A stretch of 63,991 bases of DNA, the filler included, from Basidioascus undulatus (lineage: Eukaryota): the NCBI GenBank assembly GCA_000826855.1. It is 10 parts of 10 records of this genome, joined end to end, with 100 filler letters (N's around TTAATTAATTAA, not from the genome) between each part and the next. Parts side by side here need not be neighbours in the genome. Positions count along the whole stretch, not along the records: positions 1 to 6,389 come from JTLS01001752.1; positions 6,490 to 12,876 come from JTLS01001753.1; 8 more parts are not named here. One strand, given 5' to 3'. Below the pieces are notes generated by a model. It ran no database searches. It saw only the letters and a program-made list of their open reading frames with translations, and was not told where the DNA came from. The number at the start of each line of letters is the position of its first letter. Within the stretch, counting starts at the first letter, position 1. The translations under genes were made by a program, and so were the position numbers. This document shows positions 1 through 12,976 of the stretch, in pieces.

Positions 1-87
1 GACAAGAAGAAGGATGACAAGAAGAAGGATGACAAGAAGAAGGATGACAAGAAGGACGACAAGAAGAAGGATGAGAAAAAGTACTAA
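1..87 (+). CDS. 3' end of a Lys/Asp low-complexity repeat protein (partial)
   Basis: Frame 1 reads DKKKDDKKKDDKKKDDKKDDKKKDEKKY* (15-nt repeat gacaagaagaaggat). Composition resembles the DDKKY repeats of the gene at 5079-6254. Confidence 0.6.
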   Translation, partial: DKKKDDKKKDDKKKDDKKDDKKKDEKKY

Positions 88-1246
88 TCGGTGCGTTGTA
101 ATGTTGTGTGATGTGATGCTCCATGTCGAAAACTAAAAAACCTACCGATCTCAACCCGCAGATGTGGCACGCGGTGCAGCTTCAGTGGGGATGGTTAATG
201 CATGATCTTTCTACATAAAGGAGGGTAGGTTCATAATATTATGCGTTGCACATGCACGACGTTGCTGCAAGCTGTCTGCCCGCAATGCAGCCTGCAGCCC
301 ACTCTCTGCAGCCCATACCCGGTAGAGCTCGCCTTGAAGAATTCTGCATCTCCCAACGTTGAGACATGACTTCTCCCAGTGAACTTCGTTATATTATGTG
401 GCAATTGCTGTTAATGGAGTATCGGTAGTCACCGCCTCGCGCAATCAGTGCTTCACTTTCGGGGACGGCATCGTCAGAATCTGCATCAAGACAGGTTTCC
501 AAGCTGAAGGTGATTGTGCGCAGGATGGAATGGTATCTTTGACCATTTGATTGTTCCGAATACTTGCAGGTGGGACATCATAAGCCTCATCGACAGAATA
601 GCCGGGAGCGACCCAATCTTGCGTGTCGCGCGGAACAGGTCTGCCATGCCCCTTTCCGACTTACTCCTCAAGCACCATGTTGCTTCTCGCCACTCGCTAC
701 TGCAGCCCTCGACAAGTCATCTGCGCTTATCTCTTTGATTCTCATTCTGGCCCTTAATCCTTCTCGAGCCTCACAAAGGTGAGTGCATTGCGGGGTAGCA
801 CTGCAGGTTCTGCACGTTGGTACGGGGTTTGATGCGTATCGGCGTGGCACATGGCGGTTGTTTCCGCTGCGAAGGTGCATCCAGCTGACATTTCACACTC
901 TCATATGCTCTTATCCTCAGACGTTTCGGATACTGCAGTGGCTATTGTCCTGTCTGACTCGCTGCATCTTTGAGTTGCGTCACTGGGCTCTAGTTGGGCG
1001 GATGGTATTCGCCGTGGGGCTGGCGGTCTTCTTGGGTGTGGAAATGGTGGAGATCTGCAGACTTCTGCAGGCCAGGTCAATCCCCACACTGCCTTCGGAC
1101 AGCCCAGGAACGGCAAAGGCAACACCACTACTCCAGTCGCTGCGACCACATTACGCAGCCCTCCTGCGACTGCTGCCTCCTCGACAGCGAGGACTAGTCA
1201 AGCGGATCGCGAGATTTCGTCCCCCCCCGAAATATTAGAATGGTAA

Positions 1247-2764
1247 TCATCGGAAACGAGCAGGAGCGGGTTCGACCGCAGCGGGGATTACCAGTAAACC
1301 AATTCGATTGGACAGTGCTGCCTCTTGGTTGAGGCACGTCATGGATCGCCGCCTAAGGCCAGTGCCGGACGCGTGTTGCGCCTGCGGCGGAGACGGCTCC
1401 CAGAGCTTCGGGCCCGGCGGCGTGGAGACGCCGCTTGTGAGCAAAACGTGCGAGAGGGGCCACCCGCGGCAAGAGGCGATGTTAAAGTCTGGACCGGGTG
1501 CGGCGTACTCGGAGAAGGAGGACGGCTCGGCGACGGATGTGAGGTCCTCGGAAGTGTACGACTGCGCGGAAGGCGACGCGTGCGGGAGCGCGATCGGCGA
1601 CGGCGGCTGGCCTTCAGCGGCGTATGGCCGTTTTGAGGACGGCGGAGGTGGGTGCGGCGCGAGCGGGGCGGGGACGGTGTGGTACGTCGGGCGTGAGGGC
1701 GAGGGCAGAGTGACATGCCGCGCGATGTCGTCGTCGAAGAGCAGCCCCAAAAAGACCTCGACCTTGTACTGGTTAGCAAGCTCCCTTGCGCGCTCGAATG
1801 GGATCCTTCAGACACAGCGCGAGAGAGGGGAGTCAGCAGGAGAAACATGAGAAGCGCAGTCGAGCACTGTGCAGACGCGGGTGAACAATTCGCACCAGAC
1901 ACCCTTGAGCGCCTTCGTTCCAATCTTGACGACCGTGCGGACCTTCTCGTTCCTGAGAACAACGTCGCGCTTGCCGCGGGTGATGTGAGCGAGGTTGAGC
2001 AGCTTCGTTCCATTGATGGTGTCATTGTCTGGAAGCGCGAGCGCGTAATACCATGTGTTCGTTAGCTCCCTCCGTTAGAGACAATGGACGGCGCAAGGTT
2101 ACGAGTCGCGGGGGCGCCGGTGGTGAGGATGGGGGAGGGGCCGAGCGTTGGTTCGGCCAAAAGCTGCGCCCTCGTCCGTGCGAGTACTCGATTTTAATTG
2201 TGTCGCCAGCCAAGAGCGCAGTGGCAGAACGGAAAAGCGGCCAATACAGATAGAGGCTGAGATCGTCATAGCAGGGTACGCGTAGTGCATGTCGATAGCG
2301 GGCATGGCGTGCCGAACAAGAAGATATTCGTTCGAGCGCTACTCGAGTGTGTTACACGCAAGTGCACCTCCTGCTCATCGCCTGATCCCAGCAGAGACAA
2401 TCTTACATGCTTCGAGCTCGACTCGGCGGACGATGCCCTCGATTGCGTCGCATGAGAATGAATAAAAAAGATGGGCCCACTCACCTTGCCGGCGAGCGAC
2501 GCAGCGGCTGTCGACCTCGACCTGCCAGACAATCGTCTGCATCTCCTCCCACCAGACCTCGGTCACCTTGGGCTTGCTCTGCTTGGTCTGGGGACCGTCC
2601 TCGTCAATGGCGGTCCCGGGCGAGAGCGGGATGAGGTGCTCCGTCGGCAGCTTCCCCGGCGAGGCCTCAAGACTCAGGCTCACGTCGGCCTCAACCTGCT
2701 CCTGCTCCTGCTGCTGGCCGTATGCCGCATGCACGTATAGCGGTGGCTCGAGCGAGAGTGACAT
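1247..2764 (-). CDS. APSES-domain transcription factor, StuA/Efg1/Sok2 type (3 exons: 2764-2485, 2028-1896, 1805-1247)
   Basis: Spliced translation [84 protein letters not shown] matches the StuA APSES signature. GT-AG boundaries keep the frame. Confidence 0.9.
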
Positions 2765-5078
2765 CGCGTCAGCGGCGGGAAGGCGGAGGGGCGGGAAGGC
2801 GGAGAGGGGAAGAAAGAGAGAGGAAGGGGGATCTGCGAAGGAGTGCGAGTAACTCAGCGCAGCAGCGAGATAGAAGAACTCAGTGGGCTTTGGGTTGGAA
2901 CAGCAGCAGGACCTTACTGAAGTCGATGAGATCGGCGGCGGTGGCGAAGACGGAAACGGACGGAAAACAGAAAATTGTCGTCTCGAGGTGTAAGTGACAG
3001 CGTGGCCATGCAAGGCCGAGCGTCGCGCAGTACAGAAGAATAAAAGCACAGCCGTGCAGCAGTCAAGACAAGGGGAGAAGGGAAAGGAGAGGAGCAGATG
3101 TATCGTATATTTGCGGACGAGGTCGTGAGATTAAGTCTTCTGGAGGAGAACCATCGCTGGCGAGGCCAAGATAAGCAGCAGGGGGCACCGGCCAACCGAG
3201 GCGGTGGTGGTCGAGTCGGGTTACATCAATCGTGTCCGAGCTCTCCCAACATTCCAGGAAGTGGCTCAACCACGAGCTTAAGATTTTGGTGCATATTGAC
3301 ATAGTGCAGGGCGGGCGAGGGAGGATGGGAGAGGCGTTGGGGAAGCGGCTCGAGCTAGCGCGCGAGTCTCTACTGCTTGTCGACGTGCTTGGTTTCACAG
3401 TCCTGAACGCCGCTGCAGAAGTCTCGGTCTCTCGTGTGGATGTCATCAGGCTCGAAGCCTGCGCGCTTTAGTGGACGGAACGCTCGAGGTGCGCCCGAGA
3501 AGCCGACGCAAGCGAACAGAGGGAAGAGGGAGGGCGGTGGTGTCGTTTGGGTGTGGAAAATTAAGCCCGTTCAGTCGACTGTCGCCTCGCAGCCTGGCTC
3601 GAGATGCCTCAACCGCGTTCACGCTCATCGTTTCGACTGTCTGCTACCTGCATTCCCTCATTCATTTACCCCTTTTTTCTGGGTTTGGGTTACACTTAAT
3701 CAGGGCCGCATCTTCCCCAACAATGTTCAGTGCCAGTCCAAACGACTTGCAGTCCACTCCTCAGACCTCATCCGAGACCTCGCCCATCTTGCACATTTCT
3801 CCTGCCGTCCCATGCCATTCTCTTGTTCGTCCTAGCACAGTATCAACAGGGCCATCTCATTTCTTTTGTAAAAAGAAAACGACTTGTACTCTTTTCCATC
3901 CTCAGCAAAGATTGAACAGTGGCACGTTCACTGTCAGACTTCAGGCGTCAGAACGCCGCGCTTTCGGAGGATTCCACTAGACTTTGAGTGCGGCACAGGG
4001 GCATGCACACACGTCCGTCCCTGCGCCGTCGCGCCTGGAACCCAACATTTCGGGCGATAGTCGGGATGTAAGTTTCAAATCGTGCATTAGATCTTGCCAT
4101 CGAGCAGAGGGTCCAAATTTTTGGAAACCGATCACTCACATCATGTTGGTGTGGCCAACAGAGCGAGGCACAGGAAGTGATCACCCACCCATTTCTTGGG
4201 CAGAGCCAAGGCCGATGATTGTACTCAGGTCCCAGGTTGTCCTGACGAGCTTGTGGGACAAAATGACCAATCGTCTGAGGGTGGTTGAGCAGCAAATGAA
4301 CTGCGCATTGTTTGATAAGAGCCAGTCTGCTGCCTCTGTAGGTGTGGAGATGAACAGGACAAGCTTTAGGTCATGGTAAGTGCCGAATTGATATACCTCA
4401 GGAAATTCTTAGACGCCTCCACTAGCGGTTAGTTAGGCGTTAAGAGCGCTGCATGCGATGCCGCCAATGGGCAACAGGAGGGGTAGAGTATAGGAGCGAG
4501 AAGGGCCGCTAGTGGGCAACAGGAGGGGATACAGGAGCGGGAAGGGGCCAGGCCAGTACCAAAACCACATGGGCGAAAGCTTTGCACCAGCAGGAGAAGA
4601 ATAGACTATGTAGGGATGGCTGTGTTGACACAGGAGGTGTGGATGCGCCGGAAGGGGCGACCGCAGAGGCAGGTCCGGCCTTGGGCTGTCTTGCCTCTAC
4701 GCCAGCGGAGCGCGACGGTGAGGTCGGAGGGGGTGAGGGAGAAGATGGGGTCGACTAGGGAAGGTGTGTGGCGATGTAGCGGCCGAGTGTGCCAACGTTG
4801 GCCTCGGTGGAGAGCCAGTGCCGGCGATGGCTACGGAGGAAGAGCCTGGACTAGGGACTTGAGTGCAAGCGGGTCGCCGCTGGCCTTGGCCCTGAGGGCT
4901 GTGCGTGCCTCTTCACAGCAGAGTGTGGAGGGCAGGATATATGAACAAAAAAGGTGGGGAGTATTAGAGGGGGTCATAGGAGGGACCGAAGGCATAATTC
5001 AGAGTGCGAATTGCAAGGGTATCACGGGAAGAGGCGGATATAAGTGAAAAGGGGTATAGATGTGGATGAGGTGATTAT

Positions 5079-6254
5079 TTAGAACCACAAGAACTTCTTG
5101 TCATCCTTCTCCTCACGCTCGTCCTTCTTCTTGTTCTTCTGGTCCTCGCGCTCCTCCTTAAAGTAGTCCTTCTCGTCATCTGAGTAGTACTTCTTGTCGT
5201 CCTTCTTCTTCTTGTCAACCTTCTCCTCACGCTCGTCCTTCTTCTTGTTCTTCTGGTCCTCGCGCTCCTCCTTAAAGTAGTCCTTCTCGTCATCTGAGTA
5301 GTACTTCTTGTCGTCCTTCTTCTCCTTGTCGACCTTCTTCTTCTTGTCGTCTAAGGCACAATGGAAGAGGAAAGCCCAGCAGAGTTCAATCACTTTGGAT
5401 GCGTGTCTCTGTGCAAAATGCTCACCCTTTTTCTGCGCGACCTTCTTCACCTTCTCCTTGACCTCTGCAGATAACAAAGTCAGTTCCCGTTCCAACCGAA
5501 CCGAAAGCTCGCTGCTTTAGAGACTCACCCTTGTCCTTCCCCCGGTAGTCCTCATCATCCCACTCCTTACGGCTCTTGTCCTTGACGTCCCGCTCCTTGT
5601 CATTCTGGTCTTTGCGGCTCTTGTCCTTGGCGTCCCGTTCTTTGACGTCCCACTCCTTGTAGCTCCTCTTGGACTTAGACTTCCTGCGGTCCTCGTCGTC
5701 CCTCTGTGTTTTCCATACATGAAGCGTGATCAGCAATGGTCCTCAGCACAGCAGCGTTAAAAGATCGGCTTCTTACCTCATTCTTGCCGGTTTTCTTCTG
5801 CGAAAGCCAACAAGGTCGGGGTAAGGGGACTCTGCGGGATACATTTATTGAACGGATGACTTGCCGGCTCCTTCTCCTTGGTCTTTGTCTCGGTGACCCT
5901 CACCGTCTTGGTAGTGGTAGTAGTGGGCTAGAAAAATGAAAACCTGTCAGCCCTAGCTCCTTCCCTTGCTCGGCCCTCCCCTCCAGGCAAATTCTCAAGA
6001 ATATCTACCTTGACCGTGGTGAACGCTATATTGAGCAGCTTCAGCATCTATAAGAAGGGCTCATTTAGCGAAGTGGGCGTACTGGCATTCCTAGTCACTG
6101 TAACAGTGACGGTCTTTGTTTCCTTGTTGAAGTGTTTGTCGTCACGGTCGTCCTTGCGCCAAAGCGGGTCATCGGCGCCGCGCTGCGGGGAGGCGATGAC
6201 GCTCCCGGCGACGAGGAAGAGAAGGGGGAGGGCGTGGACAGTGGTGAGACGCAT
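5079..6254 (-). CDS. Secreted, highly charged Lys/Asp/Glu-rich repeat protein (multi-exon; internal exon structure uncertain)
   Basis: Signal-peptide-like N-terminus MRLTTVHALPLLFLVAGSVIA-SP. Downstream exons are rich in K/D/E/R and end DDKKFLWF*. A TATA box lies upstream. Confidence 0.7.
5106..5340 (-). repeat. Near-perfect in-frame 114-bp (38 aa) tandem duplication in the charged secreted protein
   Basis: cttctcctcacgctcgtcc... begins at both 5106 and 5220. Unit encodes KKDDKKYYSDDEKDYFKEEREDQKNKKKDEREEKVDKK. Confidence 0.9.
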
Positions 6255-6367
6255 TATGGTTGGATATGAAATGGATTAAAGTATTGGAAGGCGGACGGAG
6301 GAGGACTGGGTATTAATTGGAATGCAGGTGTGTGTGTGATGGAGATGGATGATGGTGAGCGGGGCGG

Positions 6368-6375
6368 TTTATATA
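6368..6375 (-). promoter_or_regulatory. TATA box of the 5079-6254 gene
   Basis: TATATAAA on the minus strand, about 115 nt upstream of the ATG at 6254. Confidence 0.6.
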
Positions 6376-6389
6376 TGGCTCAGAGGAGA

Positions 6390-6489
6390 NNNNNNNNNNN
6401 NNNNNNNNNNNNNNNNNNNNNNNNNNNNNNNNNTTAATTAATTAANNNNNNNNNNNNNNNNNNNNNNNNNNNNNNNNNNNNNNNNNNNN
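6390..6489. other. Artificial contig linker
   Basis: 44 N + TTAATTAATTAA (stops in six frames) + 44 N. Confidence 0.98.
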
Positions 6490-6559
6490 ACTCCTCGTGC
6501 ACATCCCTTTGCCCTCCCCTCCCCCCCCCGGTTTCCCGGGCAAAAGATTGAGAACGCAC

Positions 6560-7150
6560 CTTGACGTAACCCGTACGCCGGTCGAGGTTGAGATGCAAGT
6601 TCTTGATCTCGCCGTAGTCCGCGAACTTGTCTTGGACGTCCTCCTCCGTTGCCTCTTCATGCACGCCCGTCACGATCACGATCCAGCCCTCCACAGCTGA
6701 CCGCCAGAAAGCCAACCGGCTCCTGTTAGCGGTCTAAATACCCCAACGCACTGAGCGCAAAGAAAGTGAGACGAACAGCGCGCCGCCCTCCCAGAGTTGT
6801 CGCCTGCGGCGTCCTTGGTGTCAAGGCGCTCGTAGCCGCCGATGCGGTCGATCAGATCAGGTGCGTCTGGAAGAAAATCCACGAACATAAGCATTCTCCA
6901 TCATATGTTCGAGTAAGAACGCGCGAAATCACGCACTGGTGCCGGCCTGGAAGCCACGGCCCTTGCGCCGGACGGCGACTGCGATAAAGTCAGCCCAGCC
7001 GCTCCTTCCTCCAGGCGGTCCAAATGCCTCGCGCACCATCATCGTCCAGCTGCATGGTGTCGTCGTTGACGTCGATCGCGTCGGCCACTGTTGCCCAAGG
7101 CGGCCTCAGTGAGCCACGCGTTTCGGCCCGCCCAGAGTGCTGGACGCACT
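6560..7150 (-). CDS. RBM8A: RNA-binding protein 8A / Y14 (exon junction complex), 3'-truncated
   Basis: RRKGRGF exon, then [46 protein letters not shown], the diagnostic Y14 RRM. Confidence 0.95.
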
Positions 7151-7410
7151 TTTGATAATATACGTCAGTCCGACACTCGTGAAGGCGGTATAGCGTGGTA
7201 GATCAAAGGTCGACAAGGGAAAGCAGGGAGGAAGTCGTTTGATGGCGGAGAGCGAGAGCTAGACTCCGCGCTCTCACCGCGTGCGCATTTCGGTCGAAGG
7301 GGAGCGGCCGAATTCTGCTTCACCGAAAGCGCGGGAACTTGCTTGGTTCATCCACCCCTCCACCCCGCCTGGGACGTCTTCTCTCTACGCTCACCACTCT
7401 TTCTGTCGCC

Positions 7411-8364
7411 ATGTTCTCTCTTGCCCGCACCGCTGTGCGTATGAATCACGACAATCTGTGCAGGTTGCAGATTTCAGGGCTTGCTCACCCGAGCGGGCCG
7501 TTTCTACAGCTTCGCGCCCGCGCCCGCCCCACCCTCGCCACCTCCCTCTTCAACCCCACCTCCGTCTCCCTCCTCGCTCAGCGCCGTGCTCTGTCCGATG
7601 AGGCCCGGAAACTGATTGACAACGTCCGTTATCCCGCCATTCTCCCTCGAGCTCCCTGTGGCGCATCCTCGAGGCTGACTCGATTTGTCCCGGACTTGTC
7701 CGGTCTTTCGCTCACCACCAGGCCGTCAAGGCGCACCCCATCGTCCTTTTCATGAAGGGCACGCCCTCCCAGCCTCAATGCGGCTTCTCCCGCGCCGTCG
7801 TGCAGATTCTGGATGTGCAGGGCGTCGACCCTGAGAAGATCCGCGCGTACAACTGCCTGGAGGACCCGGAGCTGCGGAACGGGATCAAGGAGTACTCGTG
7901 AGTCCGCGTCTGTTCTTATGTGGGGAGACGATGTGGGGGCTTTTTGGTCGCTTGGTATGTTGGACTGGGGGGAATTCTGGCTGCAGGAAGGGATGGGCGG
8001 ATGGAAGCCTGCTATGCTCGGCCTCAGCCAGTCGCAGCCAGCGGATTTCGTCATCTCGCCTTTTTCTCTTATCGCCCGATGCCATGGGAGGGAATCGCAT
8101 GCTTACAACATTCCACTCAACACACAGTGACTGGCCCACCATCCCGCAAGTCTACGTGAACGGCGACTTTATCGGTGGCTGCGACATTCTGCTTAGCAGT
8201 GCGTGATCGCTTCGCTACATTCTTGCCCTTCCCTACCGCACACTTTCCTAACTCGCCTCTTCTGCCATTCATGATGCACAGTGCACCAGAATGGGGAGCT
8301 CGAGAAGATGCTCACGGAGAAGAACCTACTGCTGCTGGCGGAGGGCGAGGGGAAGAAGGAGTAA
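7411..8364 (+). CDS. GRX5: Mitochondrial monothiol glutaredoxin (multi-exon)
   Basis: Presequence-like N-terminus, [21 protein letters not shown] (CGFS motif), and [19 protein letters not shown]. Stop at 8362-8364. Confidence 0.95.
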
Positions 8365-9270
8365 ACGGTCGCAGGATGCGAACGAGGATGTAGAGGGGCG
8401 GACGAGGACATGCTGCTACATGGCCACCACTAATGAATACATCGGGAGTCATGTTGTGGACTGAATCCCACAATGAGGTTGTCGGTTCGGAAATTAGTCT
8501 TGCTGTTAGATGAACGAATGGAGATTTGCATGTGGACCTCCAGTCTCGCCTGTCTTCTCAACCCGGACTGTAACTTCGCTCGTCATCGCAGTACTCTTAT
8601 TTGAGGCCGGGAATCCTCGGTTATTCGGACTGCAAACTTGAGTAACTAGTGGCCGTAATATTGAGCGTACGCAGGAATGCAGCGGTGGACTGGTTCCTGA
8701 CACGCCAGCGAAACTTCCGGTCAGCATGTACCTCCAGCTGGTCGACATTCTCCCATTTTCTAATTCATCAGCAATTCTGTCAAACATTCTAAGACGTGGC
8801 GATCTTGCACACACAGCGAGGTACCTAGCAAGGGAGCCAGGTGATGCCGCTGAAACGTCCGTCCGCCATCGCGCTTCGTTTCTACCCCTGGCGAGCCGGT
8901 GCAATCAGCGACATGGAGTAGCTCGCCGACTCCCTTTTTAGACCAAACCTCCAGATGGCATTGATTGCGCTCTCGTCAATCTTGTATAAAGGGAGCGGTG
9001 GACCGAAGTGCAGGTTGACCAGGATTCCCCACATTCTCGCTTTCAGCCTCGCCTAGCGCGGTGCGTCGACACAACCTTAAAGCGAGACGGCGAGAGACCG
9101 AGCTGATCATGCTGAATTGGGGGGGGGTTTCAGATACTTTTTCAACTCAGTGCAGGTTCACGCGCATCTTATACGACTTCAGCCGGTCCTGAACGTGCGT
9201 CGCAGCCTTCCATCAAATCCACCTTCCCATGCGTGTGGCTGACCGACCCTCCCATGGCCTGACAGGCACC

Positions 9271-10414
9271 ATGTTCTCGCTCCTCCTTCTCGTCCTCCTC
9301 CTCTTCACCCCCCTCGCTGCCATCCCCACCCCGCCCCTCGCCCCCCGCAGCGCGATCGACGACATCTTCGAGGCCGCCGCCGGCGCGGGCGGGCTCGTCC
9401 TCAACGGCGGGGCTTCCAACCTTCTCAGTACCTTCCCGGCTACCCAGAAGGGGTGCGAGTACCCGAATGCCAGGAGCAGGGGCGTCGGGGACAGCATCAC
9501 TGGCGGAGGCGGCGGCTTTGACGCGGGCGCCATCAAGAAGTCTCGGTCGTGGATAACCCTGAATTGACTGCGTATGCTTGGATTTTTCTGCGGAGACTGG
9601 GTTGATGGGCTTTCGGGGATGTAGACATGGCTCGGCTGCAGATCGTCGGGGCAATGTGCAAAAGCAAGACGGCGATCGCACCGGTGCGTTTCTCCTTTCT
9701 CTGTCGCCTTGCGACCGCCCTGACTTACCCTCCTTATGTTGATTAGGTAAATGAAGCTGCCGCGGCATGCTAGTGAGTCTCTACTCAATGATAGCTCCCG
9801 CCAAGCCGCATCTGATAGTCGACCGCTTCTTCAGCGAACCGGACGTCCTCGCCACTGTTCCGCTCGTCCAAGCCGGCCTCGACGGCGCCACCTCCAACGT
9901 GTTCGTCATGGGCGACGCCATCGCGGCGGCACTCCGCCCGAGGAGTCGTGCGTCTCCCCGCTCTCTCGCTCCTTCGTGACGGCATGCTGAATTCGGTCGA
10001 GTGGACGCCATTTCTCGCAGGCAAGGCAACGTCGCCGTCTCGCTTACCGACGCTACCGAGGCCGCTGGCTCCATGTCGGAGAAGATAATCAACCCTTCGC
10101 CGGAGCTCGATTCGGCCATCTCTACCCTCATACAGAAGCTTGGTGCGGCGGGCTGCGCGGGCGAGGACGTGCTGACTACCAACGTGCGTTCTGCTTGCCC
10201 TTGTCGAGAAGGAAGATCCAGAGCTAACTGAGTCATACCCTCCATCGACGATACGCAGGACCGCACGATCGAGGGTGTTATTTCCCCGGAAGATGCCGTT
10301 CGCGTCCGGGCTGCACTTCAGGAGAGCTTGTTTCAGTCGGTGCACTCGGCTGGTGGCGGGTGTTTCTTATTGCGGCGCTGCCGGGCTTTACAGGCTGCGG
10401 GTGGATGTACATAA
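9271..10414 (+). CDS. Hypothetical secreted protein (multi-exon; 3' end uncertain)
   Basis: Signal peptide MFSLLLLVLLLFTPLAA-IPTPPLAPR. GC3-rich exons separated by GT-AG introns. TATAAA near 8985. Confidence 0.55.
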
Positions 10415-10814
10415 GAGGGAGTTTCATCATGAACATTCTGAATTTTGTAATATTCTATTCTTTGCGGTGCTCATGCATGTACGCGAGGGGACGCGGCAAA
10501 AGATCAGTGCCGGGTTGAAAACTTGCATCGCACGGCAGTCTGCTTTCAGGGTCCACCAGCGCTTGCAGTCTTGAGTGAGCACATTCCGAACAATAGAGGG
10601 ACGGTGAGCAGCCAACAGATCGGACTCGTCGTGTTTGCAAGGGTGAAAAAAGCAAGAGCGTGCGCGTCAGGGGCGGATGTATCCTCGTCTGACGTGACCC
10701 CTCGCGTGCGCCCGCAGCTGTCCTGGAGGCCCACTCGACCCTCGACCATTCCCTTGACTTTGACCTTTGGCTGTAGCATGCTCGTACAATAAAACAACAT
10801 CGACACTGCCGACG

Positions 10815-12876
10815 ATGTCCAACTTGTCGACGAACCGGGCGTCGCTGTTCCCCGCTGCGTCAGTGGGGCGCAACGCCGGGCGGGACCTGCTCAAGCAGAA
10901 CTCGCCCGAACAGCTCTCGACGCACCCGCTCCTTTCCCAGTCCTCTTCCGCGACATCCACGACAAACTCGCCCACACCGGACACTACTTCCTTCCCGCCG
11001 CCATCCCCCAACCCTTCCACTGCAACAACCACCACCTCGACCTCCTACGCCGTCTACACCCGCAAGCCCAACCCCGCCAGCGGCGACCACCCTGCGGCCG
11101 GTAGCGGCGCCAGCGTCACACACAAGCTGCAGATGCAGCAGCTCAGGGCCGCCGCGCAGGACCTCGGGCTCGGCCATGACAGTGCCGGGTGGGTCTTCTT
11201 GGAGAAGATCGTCGCGGGCCAGGCGAGGTCGGGAGACGAGGGCAAGAAGTGGAAGGAGATCATCGCCTTGGCTTCGAGTGATAAGGTGCGTTTCCTCCTT
11301 ACTGAAAAGCAGTACAGGTCTCCAGAGGCTCACAACGTACGCGGAGGTGCAGGCAACTCTCCTCCTCCCCACGCCTGCGCTCCCTACCTCGATCCAGGTC
11401 ACGCCCCAGCTCGTCAAAGACCACATCCTCTTCCTCTCCTTGGCGTCTTCATCCGCCGCCTCCGCTGCTAGCAGCACAAGATCGGGCGGGGCGGCCGGCA
11501 CAGCAGTCACCGCTTCCGGAATCAGGGGCACCTCTGAAGCGTGACTGTTGCTGTGGCTGCTGCTGAGGAAGCTCGTGCTGATGACGAGGGGTTACGCAGA
11601 GACCAGCTCGTTCTCAAGGGCTTTGTTCCTGATGGAACCCTGCTTCCTAAGCTCCTGGACCCCGCTACTCGCAGGTTGGTCAATTCAACTCCTTCCCTTC
11701 TTTTAGACTGGGACTTAAGCCCAATCATGTCGCAGCACGACCCTCACCGCTCTTCCCCCTCCCCCCGCCTCGCCTGCACCGACTAAGCCTTCCTTCCCGA
11801 CGTTCATCCTCCTCTCGCCCTCTGCAGCCCTCCCTCTGCCCCCGTCGCCCGCTGTACCTCCGCCTCTTCCCCCACGACCTCGCGCGCATTCGTCTACGAA
11901 CCCCTCATCGCGTCCAGCCGCACGGTCGACGTTCGCAGCCCTCTTCGGCGGGGGCGACCGCAATCCGCAGCCGGCGCCTTCGTTACAGGTGCCGAGCCCC
12001 GACCGCCCGAGCACCCCCGACGAACAGCCGCCGCAGCAGGAGCCTCCGCCCGTGGTCAACCTGAACGGGTGCGCGGTGGACAAGCTGCTGAGGCTGGAAG
12101 AGATTCAGCGAGGTATCACGAAGGCGATTGAGGGGCGAGTTAAGGAGGGCCTGGGGGGGTTGCCGAGTGGGGTCATCGACAGAGTGTGCAAGTGCGTTAT
12201 CGTCGCCAATCTCGCACTCTCTTCCTCTCACTGCCGCTGACGCAGCCGTGCAGCTTCATCACGCAGTACCACCCCTCCCCGCCTTCGGCCGCGCTCGCGC
12301 TCGCCAAGCGTCCGCCCAAGAAGCCGCCCCTCCCGCCGCCGCCGCCGCCGGACCTCTCCGATTCGGACGTGGCGAACCGCGTCGTGCAGGAGCTTTTCGT
12401 GCGCGTGCACACGGACGTGTACAACGCCGCGTGGGCGGGCTTCGTTAAGGGCTGGAAGGGCGAGAAAGAGGTGGAGGGCGCCGAGCAAGAGCGGATGGAG
12501 GATGAGGCCGAGGACCGTGCCATGGAGGCGGTGGAGAAGGTTGAGAATGTGCTTACGACCGAGCTGTTTGACCGGTAAGCGCCAACGCTGCTTTTCCCGG
12601 TTCCCCCGGAAACGCATATTGACGATTGCGAGCAGTTTGTTCTCCTGCGCGCCCTCCGACACTGTCGCGGATGACTCGCTCGCTTCGCGTATCGCAGCGC
12701 TTAACATGCTTGACCTCAGCCTCGACCACCTCGGCGTGCAAGTGCCGGACGCCGAGCCTGGCGCAGATGCCGAGGCGGACGCCCGCAGGGGCCTCGAGGA
12801 GGTCGTCGCAGCGTGCGGGAAGGAGCTGCAGCGCTTGGGCGGCTGCGCGAGTCCCGCGGACAAGCTCGATGTGCTA
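10815..12876 (+). CDS. VPS9-domain Rab5 GEF, 3'-truncated
   Basis: LFDRLF...DDSLASRIAALNMLDLSLDHLG...ACGKELQRL..CASPADKLDVL is typical of the fungal VPS9 domain start. Long spliced N-terminal region. Confidence 0.8.
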
Positions 12877-12976
12877 NNNNNNNNNNNNNNNNNNNNNNNN
12901 NNNNNNNNNNNNNNNNNNNNTTAATTAATTAANNNNNNNNNNNNNNNNNNNNNNNNNNNNNNNNNNNNNNNNNNNN
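12877..12976. other. Artificial contig linker
   Basis: N44-TTAATTAATTAA-N44. Confidence 0.98.

Noticed and set aside
4468..4549. Two imperfect ~40-bp direct repeats (tgggcaacaggagggg...ggagcg.gaaggg.cc)
   Set aside because: Only two degenerate copies in intergenic DNA, with no spacer or TIR/TSD structure.
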